Made by a program: the position numbers and the translations under genes. A DNA stretch of 64,000 nucleotides from Mobula birostris (taxonomy: Eukaryota), in assembly GCF_030028105.1 (NCBI RefSeq), contig NC_092371.1, positions 15,149,884-15,213,883 of the forward strand. The letters run 5' to 3'. Shown one piece after another: positions 23,701 to 34,969 of the stretch. Position 1 is the stretch's first letter. Each line of letters opens with the position of its first letter. The notes under the pieces were generated by a model that worked only from the letters and a program-made list of their open reading frames with translations, did no database searches and had not been told where the DNA came from.

Positions 23701-25640
23701 ATTTTAAAATAACACACAGAACCGGAGTTGACCATTCAACCTTTTCCTCCCACTCCATCATCCAATATGATCAATGTGGACCTTTCCACTCAGTTCCGGT
23801 TTCCCTTACTGACCCACCGGCTCACTGAGTATCTAAATCCGTCTCAGTCATTGGAAACTCCCCGCCGGTCAGTGTGACGTTATCGCCAAAAGTCAAATTA
23901 ATGTTATTATCAAAGTACAGATATGTGACCATATATTACCTTGACATTCACTTTGTTGCGGACAATTGGAGATTAACAAAAATACTATATACTATAGAAT
24001 CAATGAAAACCCGCAAATAAATAAATACATAGGTAGCTGCATGGATAAACAGATAGATAGATAGATAATACGGATGACAAGATTTGTAGAGTTATTGAAA
24101 TTGAGTCCTTAGGTTTTGCAATCAGTTCAGATTTGTGGTTTTCGAAGTCATCCACACTGCTTCTGCAGTCTGATGTTTAAAGGGTAATAACTGTTCCTGA
24201 ACCTGCTGCGGTGGAGTTTAAGGCTCGTGTATTTATCAGACTGGAGAGAATTACTGAACCGGGAAAGAGCATGAGATGACTAAAGAACCCGTGTGCATAT
24301 ATTCAAGTTAGATTCTGCCTGAATAATAGAGTGAAGTTAATGGGAAATGTGACTGAGAAGACGCGCTGTTAGTGACGGCTCCATGCACTCACTGGGAATT
24401 CAGACAGATTTAGCTCAAACTATGAATTGAGGGAATCTGTTAGGGCTGCTTTGAAGATGGGATCGATAGAGCGGGAAAGATGGAACGGCACCACGAATAA
24501 AGTAACACAAAAAATGCTGGAGGAACTCAATAACTCAGGCAGCATCTATAGAACAAACTGCAGGAGGTAGCGTGGTGCTTCACGGGGATCTTCATAATGC
24601 CTCACGAAAACTACATAGAAGAGGGCTGCTCCCCAGGGTTCCGTACGCCGTACAACTTACGATGTCCAAGGGAAGGAACAGAGGGGTAAAATTCCAAGTT
24701 TATAAACAGATAAATAGTTTACGGGTTTCTTTGGAAGGAGAAGGAGGCGCCAACCAAGGTACGCAGTGATTGTGAGCTAGCTGATGCTCCATAAATGTGT
24801 TTCACTGGAGAGAGCTGAGCGCTATTCCCAGTTGGATCCGGTCCCGCTTCCACTGTGGCGATTATTGCACAAGTCTGACACCCGGACAACGTAGAAACCG
24901 CAGACAAAAGAAATTCTGCAAATACTGGAAATCCAGATAACAGGCACAAAATCACAAAATGCCTGAGGAACTTAGCAGGTCAGGCAGCTTCTGCGAAAAG
25001 GAATAAAGAGTTGACTTTCCATGCCCAATCTGCAGTAGAAACAGTGTAAAACAGTCAGTTAAATGCACCATATAATGAGAACGCACCATATAGACCACTT
25101 CCGTGGATGTCCAGATATAAATTTATTTTCCATATCCGCACTGCCTTTGCATGTCACCTGCAATGGCAATTTGCAAACTAAATACTATGGTACACTGAAC
25201 TAATATTGATACTGAGTATAAAAAGTTCAGATCTCACATTGGAAAGGTAAGCAGTATTGTGGTGGTGATAGAATTCAGCCATTCAACCAGAATACAGACA
25301 GTAGGCAAGGTCCGACCGTGAAAACAAGCGGAGTTCGCATTTCTTCGACGCCCGTTTCCCCTTCTTTTGATCCCCTACCTTCGGGCAGTTTTAGCATTGG
25401 GACAATCACTTTCAGGACGGGAAGCAGCTTCCTCCCTAATCTGTGAGACTACTGAATTCCCTGCCACAATCCAGATTTCATCACTTATGAAGTGCTAATA
25501 ACGTTAAACTGTTTGCTTTTTGACTTGTGCCGTAAATGCAGCTGTTACTAAATGTCAGTCTTCTGGAAAATATTTCATTATTTGTTAATTTATTTGTGGT
25601 AATAGTATTTCATATGCTGTGTGTCTCTTCTATGCTCTAT
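23701..25640 (+). repeat. Segmental duplication copy 2, part a
   Basis: Aligns by eye to 3082-~5008 (e.g. aaaataacacacagaaccggagttgaccatt; gctggaggaactc; cagttggatccggtccc). Confidence 0.9.
23702..23915. promoter_or_regulatory. Candidate IgL 3' enhancer (conserved non-coding block)
   Basis: About 1 kb after the C stop. About 3 differences in ~210 bp from its paralog at 3084-3295. Contains GGGAGTTTCC (NF-kB consensus, minus strand, 23853-23862), GAAACCGGAA (IRF-Ets composite, minus strand, 23794-23803) and TGACGT (23875-23880). Confidence 0.55.
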
Positions 25641-25840
25641 GACAGAAATATCTGTCCGTCAAGCCTGCTCCGCCATTTCATCCTGTCAGATCCATTTCCG
25701 TTTCAGCCCCAGAATCCTGCCTTCGCCTCGTATCCCTTTAAGAGCCTAGCAACCTCGGTATTAAATAAACTAAATGACAGCCTCCAAAGCCGCCTGCTGC
25801 AACGAAATCCACAGATTCATCACTCTCTTCTTAAAGAAAT

Positions 25841-27082
25841 TGTTATAAGGGGGGCGTTTGTGGCGGATCCAAATGCAAGATACAGACACTGAAGTACTAG
25901 GAACAGGACTGGGTGTGTCAAGAAAGCAAGGGAAGTGAGGAGGAAACGACGCTGGACAAGACACAGGCCCTGGACGAGACTAAGATACAGGACCTGTGCT
26001 AGGAATAGACTAGGAAAGCGGGACCTGGACGAAGAACTAGGAAGTTGGAACCTGGACAAGGACTCCGAGCCAGAGACTAGACAGGGACCTAGAACCTGGA
26101 TCTTGACTCGGGCTCGGATTCCGGATCTAGGCGAGGACAAGACATGGAGAGGCAACAGTCCTGGTCGTGGCGGCAGGACGCAGGACTCCTGGGCAGGAGG
26201 CGGGACCAGAACTGGATGACGACACGAAGCTCAGACTTGGTCTTGGGAGACAGGAACGCAGAACACAGAGCCTTGGTCTTGGGAGACAAGAACGCAGAAC
26301 ACGGAGCATTGGTCTTGGGAGACAAGAACGCAGAACACGGAGCATTGGTCTTGGGAGACAGAAACTCAGAACGCAGAGCCTTGGCCTTGGGAGACAGGAA
26401 CGCAGAACACGGCGCGTTGGTCCTGGGAGACAGGAACGTAGAACACAGAGCCTTGGTCTCGGGAGACAGGAACGCAGAACACAGAGCCGGGACCCCTCCT
26501 TGGGAACAGGTCGTAGGGCCGGGACACATACACACGACGAGACGGTTCCCAACACAAGGTAGGGGCAAACAGCCGGAAGTACCTAACGAAGACGTGGACA
26601 CAGAGACGGTTCCCAACACAAGGTAGCGGCAAACGGCCGGACCTATCTAGCGAAGACATGGACACAGAGACGGTTCCCAACACAAGGTAGCGGCAAACGG
26701 CCGGACCTACCTAGCGAAGGCGAAGACACAAAGAGACAGTTCCAAACAGTTCCTTATCTAGACACAGTAAGGCTCCGGTCTTGCTCCGGCGGTAGAACTT
26801 GACGGCGAGAATAGGCGAGGCTTCAGGCTAAAGATAGCAGGCGAGGCTTCAGGCTGAAGGTAGCAGGCGAGGTTTCAGGTAAGGGCTACAAAAGGAAGGG
26901 GAAGGGAACAGTCCAGCAACTGAAGCTGAACCCAGGAGTTGTTTATGTAGCCAGCCCAAAATGAGAATCATGTGCCTCAATTAAGGCACCAACTGAACAA
27001 GGAAAAACCGGAAAACCTGGAATAAGGATCGATGGACTGGTCCGTGAACCGGAATGCGGACTTCACGGACTGGACCCTGACA
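25841..27082 (-). mobile_element. Solo LTR (1242 bp) with internal 36-bp and ~64-bp tandem arrays
   Basis: TGTTA...TGACA termini; 5-bp TSD gaaat/gtaat (1 mismatch); 7 x 36-bp units (26230-26490) and ~4 x 64-66-bp units (26540-26760). Orientation inferred from the TATA-like ctacataaac on the minus strand. Confidence 0.8.
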
Positions 27083-28643
27083 GTAATATCTCCTATCTGC
27101 CCCTCCACCGATCTTCCTCTTCTCCGCAAACCTGACCACAATCCCATCAATTCCGTCATCCAAATTGTTGATACATAACTAACAAAGAAGCGGTCCCAAT
27201 GCAGCTCCCTGCCTAATACACTCGTCACTGGAAGCCAGCTAGAAAAGGCTCACTTTATTACCACTCTTAGACTCCCATCAATCAGCCAATGATCTCTCCA
27301 TGCTGGTACTTTTCCTGTAATGCCATGAGCTCTTAATTTGTTAAGCAACCTCATGCGTGGCACGTTCTCGAAGGCCTTCTGAAAATCCAAGTGCACAAAA
27401 TCCTCCGATTCTCTGTTGTCTATCTTGTTTGGTTATTTCTTCAAAGAATTACAACAGATTTGACAGGCAAGAATTTCCCTGAAGGAAACTATGCTGATGT
27501 CGGCCTATTTCATCATGTGACTCCAAGTGCCCGAAACCACATCCTTAGCAATCGATTCCAACACCTTCCGAACCACTGAGGTCAAACTAACTGGCCTATA
27601 ATTTTCTTTCTCTTGTCTCTCTCCCTTCTTGAAAAGTGGAGTGACATTTGCAATTTTCCCGTTCTCTGGCCTCTTTTACAGTGGATATATCTCGAGAAAC
27701 AATTCGTATACTCTTGAATATTACCAGCTAGCCTACTTCCGTTTTCCATCTTTTGCTTCTTTATGACTTTTAATTGTCTTCTATTGGTTTTTAAAAGCTT
27801 CCCAATACTCTAACTTCCCATAATATTTGCTCTACTATTTTCCCCTTTTTGACTTTTATTGTCAGCCAGGTTGTGTCATGCTGCATTTCGAATACTTCTT
27901 CTTTGGGAAGTATTACAAATACTTCTTCTTTATCTACTCTGTGCCTTCAAATTCCTTCCACAAATTCCAGCCATTGCTGTTCTACCGTCACCTCTGCAAA
28001 TGTCAACTTCCAATCAACAATCACCATCTCCTCTCACATACCTCAGTCGTTTATTTGACTTCAGTCTAATACTAATTCATCTGAGTTTAGCTTCTCATTC
28101 TCAATTTGTAGGATGAATTCTATCATATTATGATCACTATCCCCTCAGGTTTCCTTTGATTTAAGCTCTCTAATTAATTCTGTTTCATTGCACAACACCC
28201 ATTGTAGAACCGCTAATCCTCTCGTTGGCTCAATAACGAACCATTTCGTAGGCATTCTTGGGATCCAGCACCAACCTAATTTTCCAACTCTTCCTTCATA
28301 ATGAAATTCCCCCATGACTATTATAACATTGCCACTTCGATATACATTTTCTATCTCGCTTTGTAAATTGTAGACCACATCGTAGAAACAGTTGGTAGGT
28401 CTGTATATTACATGCATCACGGATTTGTACATTTGCAGTTTCTTAGCTCTATCAACAAGGATTATAAACCTCCCGATACTATGTCACGTTTTTCTAAGGA
28501 TTTGATTTCATTTTTTACTTCAGCAACAGAGCCACCCATCTGCAGACCTGTCTGTCCTTTCGATAGAAGGTGTATCCTTGGACGTTACGCTCCAAATTAT
28601 AACCCTCTCTCAGCCACGACTCAGTGATGCTCAAAACGTCATA

Positions 28644-28697
<54 letters not shown>

Positions 28698-29260
28698 CCC
28701 CCCCCCCACCCTCCCTCTCGCTTGTACTGCGTGCATTCAAAAACAACACCTTCAGCTCTGTATTCAACACTTTTTCCGATTCTGTCCTCCGTGAACATTT
28801 CAACTCATCCCGGTAATTGCAATTTTACGCTAGCATCAGTCTCTCCTTGCTTGCAGTCTCACCATACACTGCCTCTGTTCATAAACCAACGACTCCGTTG
28901 CTTAGCACTATCATCTCGGTTCCCACCCCACTGCCAAATCAATTTATATCCTCCCGAGCACCTCTAACCAACCTGCCTACGAGGATATTGGGCCCCCTCC
29001 AGTTCAGGTGTAACCCGTCCGTTTTATACAGACTGTACCTTCCCCAGAAAAAAATCCTAATGAACCATTCCCCGTGCAACAGATCATCGGCCAGGCATTC
29101 ATTTGCCAAATCATTCCAGTCTTATCATTATTGGCGCGCGGCAGAAGCAGTTGTCCATAGATTACTACACTGGATGGCCTGATTTTCATCTTTCTACCTA
29201 GCTCTCTAAAATCTCTGTTCAGGTCCTTCTCCTCTTTTCCGCACGTCTTTGGAGCCAATA
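27083..29260 (-). mobile_element. Decayed, internally deleted CR1 (ORF1 esterase remnant, EN and RT pieces)
   Basis: DLNRDFRELGRKMKIRPSSVVIYG (ORF1), YDVLSITESWLREG (EN), and the reverse of VDFQKAFE and FAEKRKIGGGA (RT). Confidence 0.75.
28647..28708. repeat. (CT)n microsatellite followed by poly-C
   Basis: About 23 CT units then a C run. Confidence 0.95.
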
Positions 29261-29299
29261 TGTACTAAGACTCCTGGCTACTCAGCTAACCCAGTTAGA

Positions 29300-29570
29300 A
29301 TGTGGTGGACCCGATCAGAGACAATCCTCATCCTGGTTCATGGTAGGCAACATACCATTAAGCTGACGCTATTGCGTCCACAGAATGTCGTCCCTATTCC
29401 TGTAAATATGGAATATCCTGTCACAGCTATAGTCCTCTTCGCCTCTTCTCTAAGCCAAGAGTCAGACTCAGTGTCTGAGACCTGGTCTCTGCTCCTCCCC
29501 ACCACACCCCACTGTAGGACGTCCCGCAGAACATCATCCAAAGTAGTATACTTACTTTTCAGGGGAGTCC
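29300..29570 (-). mobile_element. SINE-like short element
   Basis: The reverse strand gives tcctacagtggggtgtgg...gagcagagaccaggtctcagacactgag...gactatagctgtgacagga; no coding potential; family not resolved. Confidence 0.35.
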
Positions 29571-29859
29571 AGCACAAAGGTAATATACACTGGCCCCACC
29601 AACCCCCACCCCCATTCATGGCTCCCGCCATTCAGGCCATGATCTACTCTTGCTGCTGCAATCAGGAATCAGATACAGGAGCCTCAGGACCCACACAATG
29701 AACCTCAGGAACATTAATAATCCCTCAACCATCAGGATCTTGAAACAGAACGAATATCTTCACTTAAATTCATTTGGTCCATCATTGAAATATTCCCACA
29801 ATCTATGGACTCACTTGGAAGGGTTCTTCATCTCATACCGTCAGGATGTATTAGAAATT

Positions 29860-30145
29860 TATTTATTGATTACTACAATTACATTTTTTCATCTCAAGCT
29901 GGTAAAACCAGAGGTCCGGGTGTAGCCAATTGCATTCATTACTTAATTGCTGGGAAGATTGGGACTATTCCAGTGGTATTTAGTATTGTGGCTGTGCAGG
30001 CTTAATTGTGTAATGCTAATGTGTAGTGACCTTGGGATGATATCGGTTGTGGGTATTGTTGTTGGAATAATGTATACCCTGTTTATGTTCCATAGTCTTT
30101 CACGTTCATCTTTTAATTCGCATATTTCTGGTGTCATTCGCTGAT
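29860..30145 (-). mobile_element. R4/Dong-clade element 3' end (RLE C-terminus and 3' UTR)
   Basis: EICELKDERERLWNINRVYIIPTTIPTTDIIPRSLH resembles the K..KY.EL..EI.RLW....V.I.P....TG.IP tail of RLE domains; followed by ggttttaccagcttgagatgaaaaaa and a TAA-rich tail. Confidence 0.7.
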
Positions 30146-32063
30146 TCTCAGCTGAACTTAAGGTTCGTTTAAGAAATTGCTGCTTTTGACTCCCAATACC
30201 GACCATTTTACTGCCAAACGTACAGTCTTTGGTGAACAAAATTGAATATCTTGGAGCTCGGGTGCTGTATCAGAGGTACATTAGGACCGCTTGCGTCTTT
30301 TGGTTCAGGGAATCTTGGTTAAGCACATCCGTGTCCGGACGCAGCAATTCAGATTGCTGGGTTCACAATACACAGCCAAGACAGGTCGGCTGAGTCTTTC
30401 AAAAACAGAGGTGGAGGAGTCTGCTTTCCGATCAACTCCTCGTGGTGTACAACTGTGGCGGAGAGGCCCTAGTTCGGTTCACCAGACCTGGAACACCTCG
30501 CGATCAACTGCCTTCCTTTTTAATGTGCCGCAGAGCATTATTTTGTTCTCGTACATCCCACCAGGGGCCAAATTCAAGCAATATCTGAATAAACTGACTG
30601 ATGTGACCAACAGCCACGGAACAGCACATGCTGATGCCTTCCCCGTCAAACCCGGTGCCGAAGAAGAGCAAGGTGGCATGCCTGAATGACTATCGACCTG
30701 TGGCTCTGACATCAATTGCTATGAAGTGATTCGAGCGATTGGTTATGGCAGACATCAACCACAGCCTACCGGTCAACCTCGACGCTTTGCAATTCGCCTG
30801 TCGGAGCAACAGGTCAACTGGTCAACAGGTCTCTCTGGCCCTACATTCCTCCTTAGAACACCTGGAGAATAAAGACGCATACGTAAGGCTCCTTTTCATT
30901 GACTACAGCTCTGCCTTTAATACCATCATTCCAAATAAACTGATTCCTAATCTCCAGAACCTGGGCCTTAGCACTCAGATCTGCAGCTGGATCTTCAACT
31001 TCCTCACAGACAGGACCAAGGCTGTAAAAATAGGGGACAAGTTCTCCTCTACAATCACTCTGAGCACCGGTGCCCCACAAGGCTGTGTACTCAGCCCCCT
31101 GCTGTACTCACTGTACACCCATGATTGTGTAGCCAAGTTTCCATCGAATTCAATATATAAGTTTGCTGATGACACCACAGTTGTAGGCCGTATCTCGGGT
31201 AATGATGAGTTTGAGTACAGAGAGGAAATTAAGAACCTGGTGGCATGGTGCAAAGACAATAACCTATCCCTCAATGTCAGCAAGATGAAGGAATTGGTTG
31301 TTGACTTCAGAAGGAGCAGCGGACCGCACGACCTCATTTACATCGGTGGTGCGCAGGTGGAACAGGTCAAAAGCTTTAAGTTCCTCGGGGTCAATGTCAC
31401 AAATGACCTGACTTGGTCCAACCAAGCAGAATCCACTGTCAAGAAGGCCCACCAGCGTCTTTACTTCTTGAGGAAGCTAAGGAAATTTGGCCTGTCCCAT
31501 AAAACCCCCACTAATTTTTATAGATGCACCGTAGAAAGCATTCTTCTAGGGTGCATCACAACCTGGTATGGAGGTTGTCCTGTTCAAGACAGGAAGAAGC
31601 TGCAGAAGATCGTGATCACAGCGCAGCACATCAAACAAACCGCTCTTTCATCCCTGGACCCACTTTACACCGCATGCTGTCGGAGCAGTGCTGTCAGGAT
31701 AATCAAGGACACGACCCACCCAGCTAACACACTTTTAATCCCTCTTCCCTCCGGGAGAAGGCTCTGGAGCTCGAAGACCCGTGCGGCCAGATTTGGGAAC
31801 AGCTTCTTTCCAACTGTGATAAGACTGCTGAACGAATCCTGACCTGGATCTGGGCCATACCCTCCAAATATCCGGACCTACCTCTCGATTTTTTTGCACT
31901 ACCTTACTTTCCCTTTTCTATTTATGATTTATAACTTAAATTTTTAATATTTACTATCTATTTGTACTCCAGGGAGCACGAACAGCAGAATCAAATATCG
32001 CTGTGATGATTGGAGGCTCGAGCATCAATCGTTTGGTGACAATAAAGTGTAAAGTATGAAGTA
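30145..32063 (+). mobile_element. Rex1/Babar LINE: EN remnant, internal deletion, open 367-aa RT ORF (30739-31842) and 3' tail
   Basis: [56 protein letters not shown]; tail aataaagtgtaaagtatgaagt. Confidence 0.92.
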
Positions 32064-32149
32064 TTTGGGAGGATTTTAACCAGGCTAGCTTTAAAAAATA
32101 ACTCAAAATAATTTTTATTAACAAATGACTTGTAGTAACAGCGCCAACA

Positions 32150-33045
32150 CAACACTGCTACTCACCATCAAAAGCGCCTACCATGATATCCCACGACAAC
32201 ATTTGGAAAGTCTTATCACCTGGCTGTACTTGCACTCCATGAGTAGAGGCAGAGACTGAAGACCGCAGCACCAGTAGTGAGGACCAATAATGTATCGACA
32301 AGGGTGGCACAGGAACGCTTACAGGAATACTTTGAACCGGTAGACTGGACTGTGTTGAGGGATTCATCTTCCAGTCTGAATGAATTCTGCCGCAGCTGTC
32401 AGTAACTTCATTACAACCTTTGTGGATGAGTGTGTGCCTACGAAAACTTACTGTACATACCGAAATCAACCAGGAAGATCGTAGTCTGCTGAGGAGTAGA
32501 GCTGCGACATTCAAGTCTGGAGAACAAGGTCTGTACGAGAAAATCGGATATGACTTGCAGAGGGCCTTCTCCAGAGCTAAGGAACAATTCTGAGCGAAGT
32601 TGCAGGCCACATCGGATGCACGTCAACTCTGGCAGAGCTTGCCATTACTTCCTACAAGGTGAAACCGAATATCATGACTGGCAGTGCTGTTTCAAGCCCA
32701 CGACTCCCAAAGCTCAATGACTTTTATGCTGGCTTTGAAATGGAGAATAAGACTACAGCTATGAAGATCTCTGCAGCATACGTGATTCCGTGATCTGTCT
32801 GGCAGGTCAACGTCAGGCTGTTTTTCAAGATGGTGAACCCTCGAAAGGCAACAGGACCAGGTAGAGCACCAGGTAAGGCTCTGAAAACCTGTGACAACCA
32901 ACTGCTAGGGTGGTTCAAAGACATTTTTAGTCTTTCATTGCTACAGTCGGAATTTCCCACATGCTTCTAAATTCCATAATTGTACCAGTGCCCAGGAAGA
33001 GCATGGTGAGTTGCCTCAACGACTATCGTCCACTAGCATCACAAA
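32150..33045 (+). mobile_element. Older Rex1/Babar fragment (end of EN to start of RT)
   Basis: ggaaagtcttatcacctggctgtac (SDH motif region) ... gttgcctcaacgactatcgtcca (CLNDYRP). Confidence 0.75.
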
Positions 33046-33069
33046 AGCGAGAAAATCTGCAGATGCTGG

Positions 33070-34278
33070 TGTCATAAGGGAGCGCTGAAGGGCGGACCCA
33101 AATGCAAGACACAGACACTGAAGTTCTAAGAATACGACCAGGTGTATCGAGATAGCAAGGTGAGTGGGGAAGCAACGACGCTGGACATTGACACAGACTA
33201 GAATTCAGGGTCTGGGCTAGGACTTGGGCTAGAAAAGCGGGACAAGGACAAGGAACTTCGAACTAGGAGCCTGGGCTTGGACTTCGAGCCAGAAACTGGA
33301 CAGGGACCCGGTACCTGGGTCTTGACTCGGGATCGGACCCCGGATCTAGACGAAGACGAGACGTGGCTACAGGGCTGGACGTGGCTAGGCTACAAAACAG
33401 GACGTGAGACTCCTCGACAGGGCAAGGGAACTCCAGCACCAGACGGGGGAACTCCAGGACTGGGCAAGGTAACTCCTGGGCTGGGCGAGGCACATGGACA
33501 GGACGAGAACACGAAGCCTTGACTTGGTCTTGGGAGACAGGAACCTCGGAGCCTTGGACTTGGAACTCAGGAACCTCGGAGCTTTGGACTTGGAACTCAG
33601 GAACCTCGGAGCCTTGGACTTGGAACTCAGGAACCTCGGAGCCTTGGACTTGGAACTCAGGAACCTCGGACCCTTGGTCCCGAGCACGGGAAACACGGAG
33701 CCTTGGACTTGAACACAGGAACATGGAACACAGAGCTGGGACCCCTCCTTCGGACCGGAACTCTTTCTATACAGAGAACACTGAACACGAAGAAACAGTT
33801 CTCCACTCAGAGTAGCGGCAAACGGCCGGACCTACCCAGCGGAGGCGAGGACACAAAAGACGGTTCCTAACACAAGGTAGCAGCAAACGGCCGAACCTAC
33901 CTAGCGAAGCCGAGGACACAAAGAGACAATTCCAAACAATGGTAGTCCGTTCCTTATCTTGACACAGCATGGCCCGGTCTTGCTCTGGTGGTTGAACCTG
34001 ACGGCGTTGCAGGCGAGGACGCAGGCAAAGGTTGCAGGCGAGGCTTCAGGCGAAGGCTGCAGGCAAGGCTTCAGGCAAGGCGTCAGAAGGAATTGGAAGG
34101 GAACAGTCCAGCAAGTGAAGCTGAACCCAGGAGTTATTTATGTAGCCAGTCCAAAACGGGAATCAGGTGCCGCAATTGAGGCACCCCAACAGAGCAAGGG
34201 AAAACCGGAAAACCTGGAATAAGGATCGATGGACCGGATAGTGAACCGGAATTCGGACTTCAAGACCGGACCATGACA
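33070..34278 (-). mobile_element. Solo LTR (1209 bp), same family as 25841-27082, with a 30-bp tandem array
   Basis: TGTCA...TGACA termini; TSD gctgg/tctgg (1 mismatch); splits a Penelope tail (aaaatctgcagatgctgg|ggatccaaatcaac); 4-5 x ttggacttggaactcaggaacctcggagcc (33520-33680). Confidence 0.82.
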
Positions 34279-34925
34279 TCTGGGGATCCAAATCAACGCA
34301 CACAAAATGCTGGAGGAACTCAGCAGACCAGGCTGTTCTATGGAAAAGAGATTCAGCCCGAGACCCTTCTTCAAGAATGGAAAGTAAGGAGAGAAGTCAG
34401 AGTATGAAGGTGTGAGTAGGGGAGGAAGAAGTGCAAGTTGGCAAGTGATAGCTGAAACCGGGAAGGGTAGAGGAGCAAATGAAGAGCTGGGAATTTGATT
34501 GCTGAAAGAGATAAAGGGTTGGAGGAAGGTGATTCTGATAAGAGACGTAAGAAGACCATAAAGAAAGGGAAGCAGAGGAATACCAGGGGGAGGTAGGTGA
34601 TCGGCAGGTAACGAGATGAGGTGAAAGGGGGTGGAGATGATCGAAAATCCCATGTTCATGTCTTCAAGTTGTAGGCTTCCCAGACGGAATATAAGGTATT
34701 GTTCCTCCAACTTGTGTGGACTAACATGTTGAAATGGAAAAGGGAAGAAGAATTGAAATGAGTGCCGACAGGGAAATCCCCCTTTTTTTCTGGTGGACTG
34801 AGCGTAGGTGCTTGTCGAAGCGGTCTTATATCCACAAACAAAATGCTTAGGAACTTAGCAGACCAGGTAGCATCTATGGAAAAGAGTACAGTCGACGTTT
34901 CGGGCTGAGGCGCTTCAGCAGGACC
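34279..34925 (-). mobile_element. Penelope-like 3' ends (GIY-YIG remnant, UTR, tails) with a hammerhead motif
   Basis: EEQYLIFRLGSLQLEDMNMGFS (PLE C-terminus) and the minus-strand GTC CTGCTGA agcgcctcagccc GAAAC GTC GAC at 34889-34925. Confidence 0.75.
34889..34925 (-). ncRNA. Minimal type I hammerhead ribozyme motif, probably inactive (A6 changed to C)
   Basis: Stem I GUC/GAC, core CUGCUGA in place of CUGANGA, short stem II, GAAA, palindromic ACGU stem III and GUC cleavage triplet. Confidence 0.55.
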
Positions 34926-34969
34926 TGGGTTTTTCTAGGTTCTGAGGATTATGCGTACGCCTACATGGT

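Noticed and set aside
26089-26683. Repeat-protein ORFs in several frames (also 33263-33815)
   Set aside because: They are by-products of 36-bp and 30-bp minisatellites inside LTRs; there is no splice or domain evidence.
25841-34278. One full-length LTR retrotransposon bounded by the two LTRs
   Set aside because: Each LTR has its own TSD and the interval has no gag, pol or env, only LINE debris.
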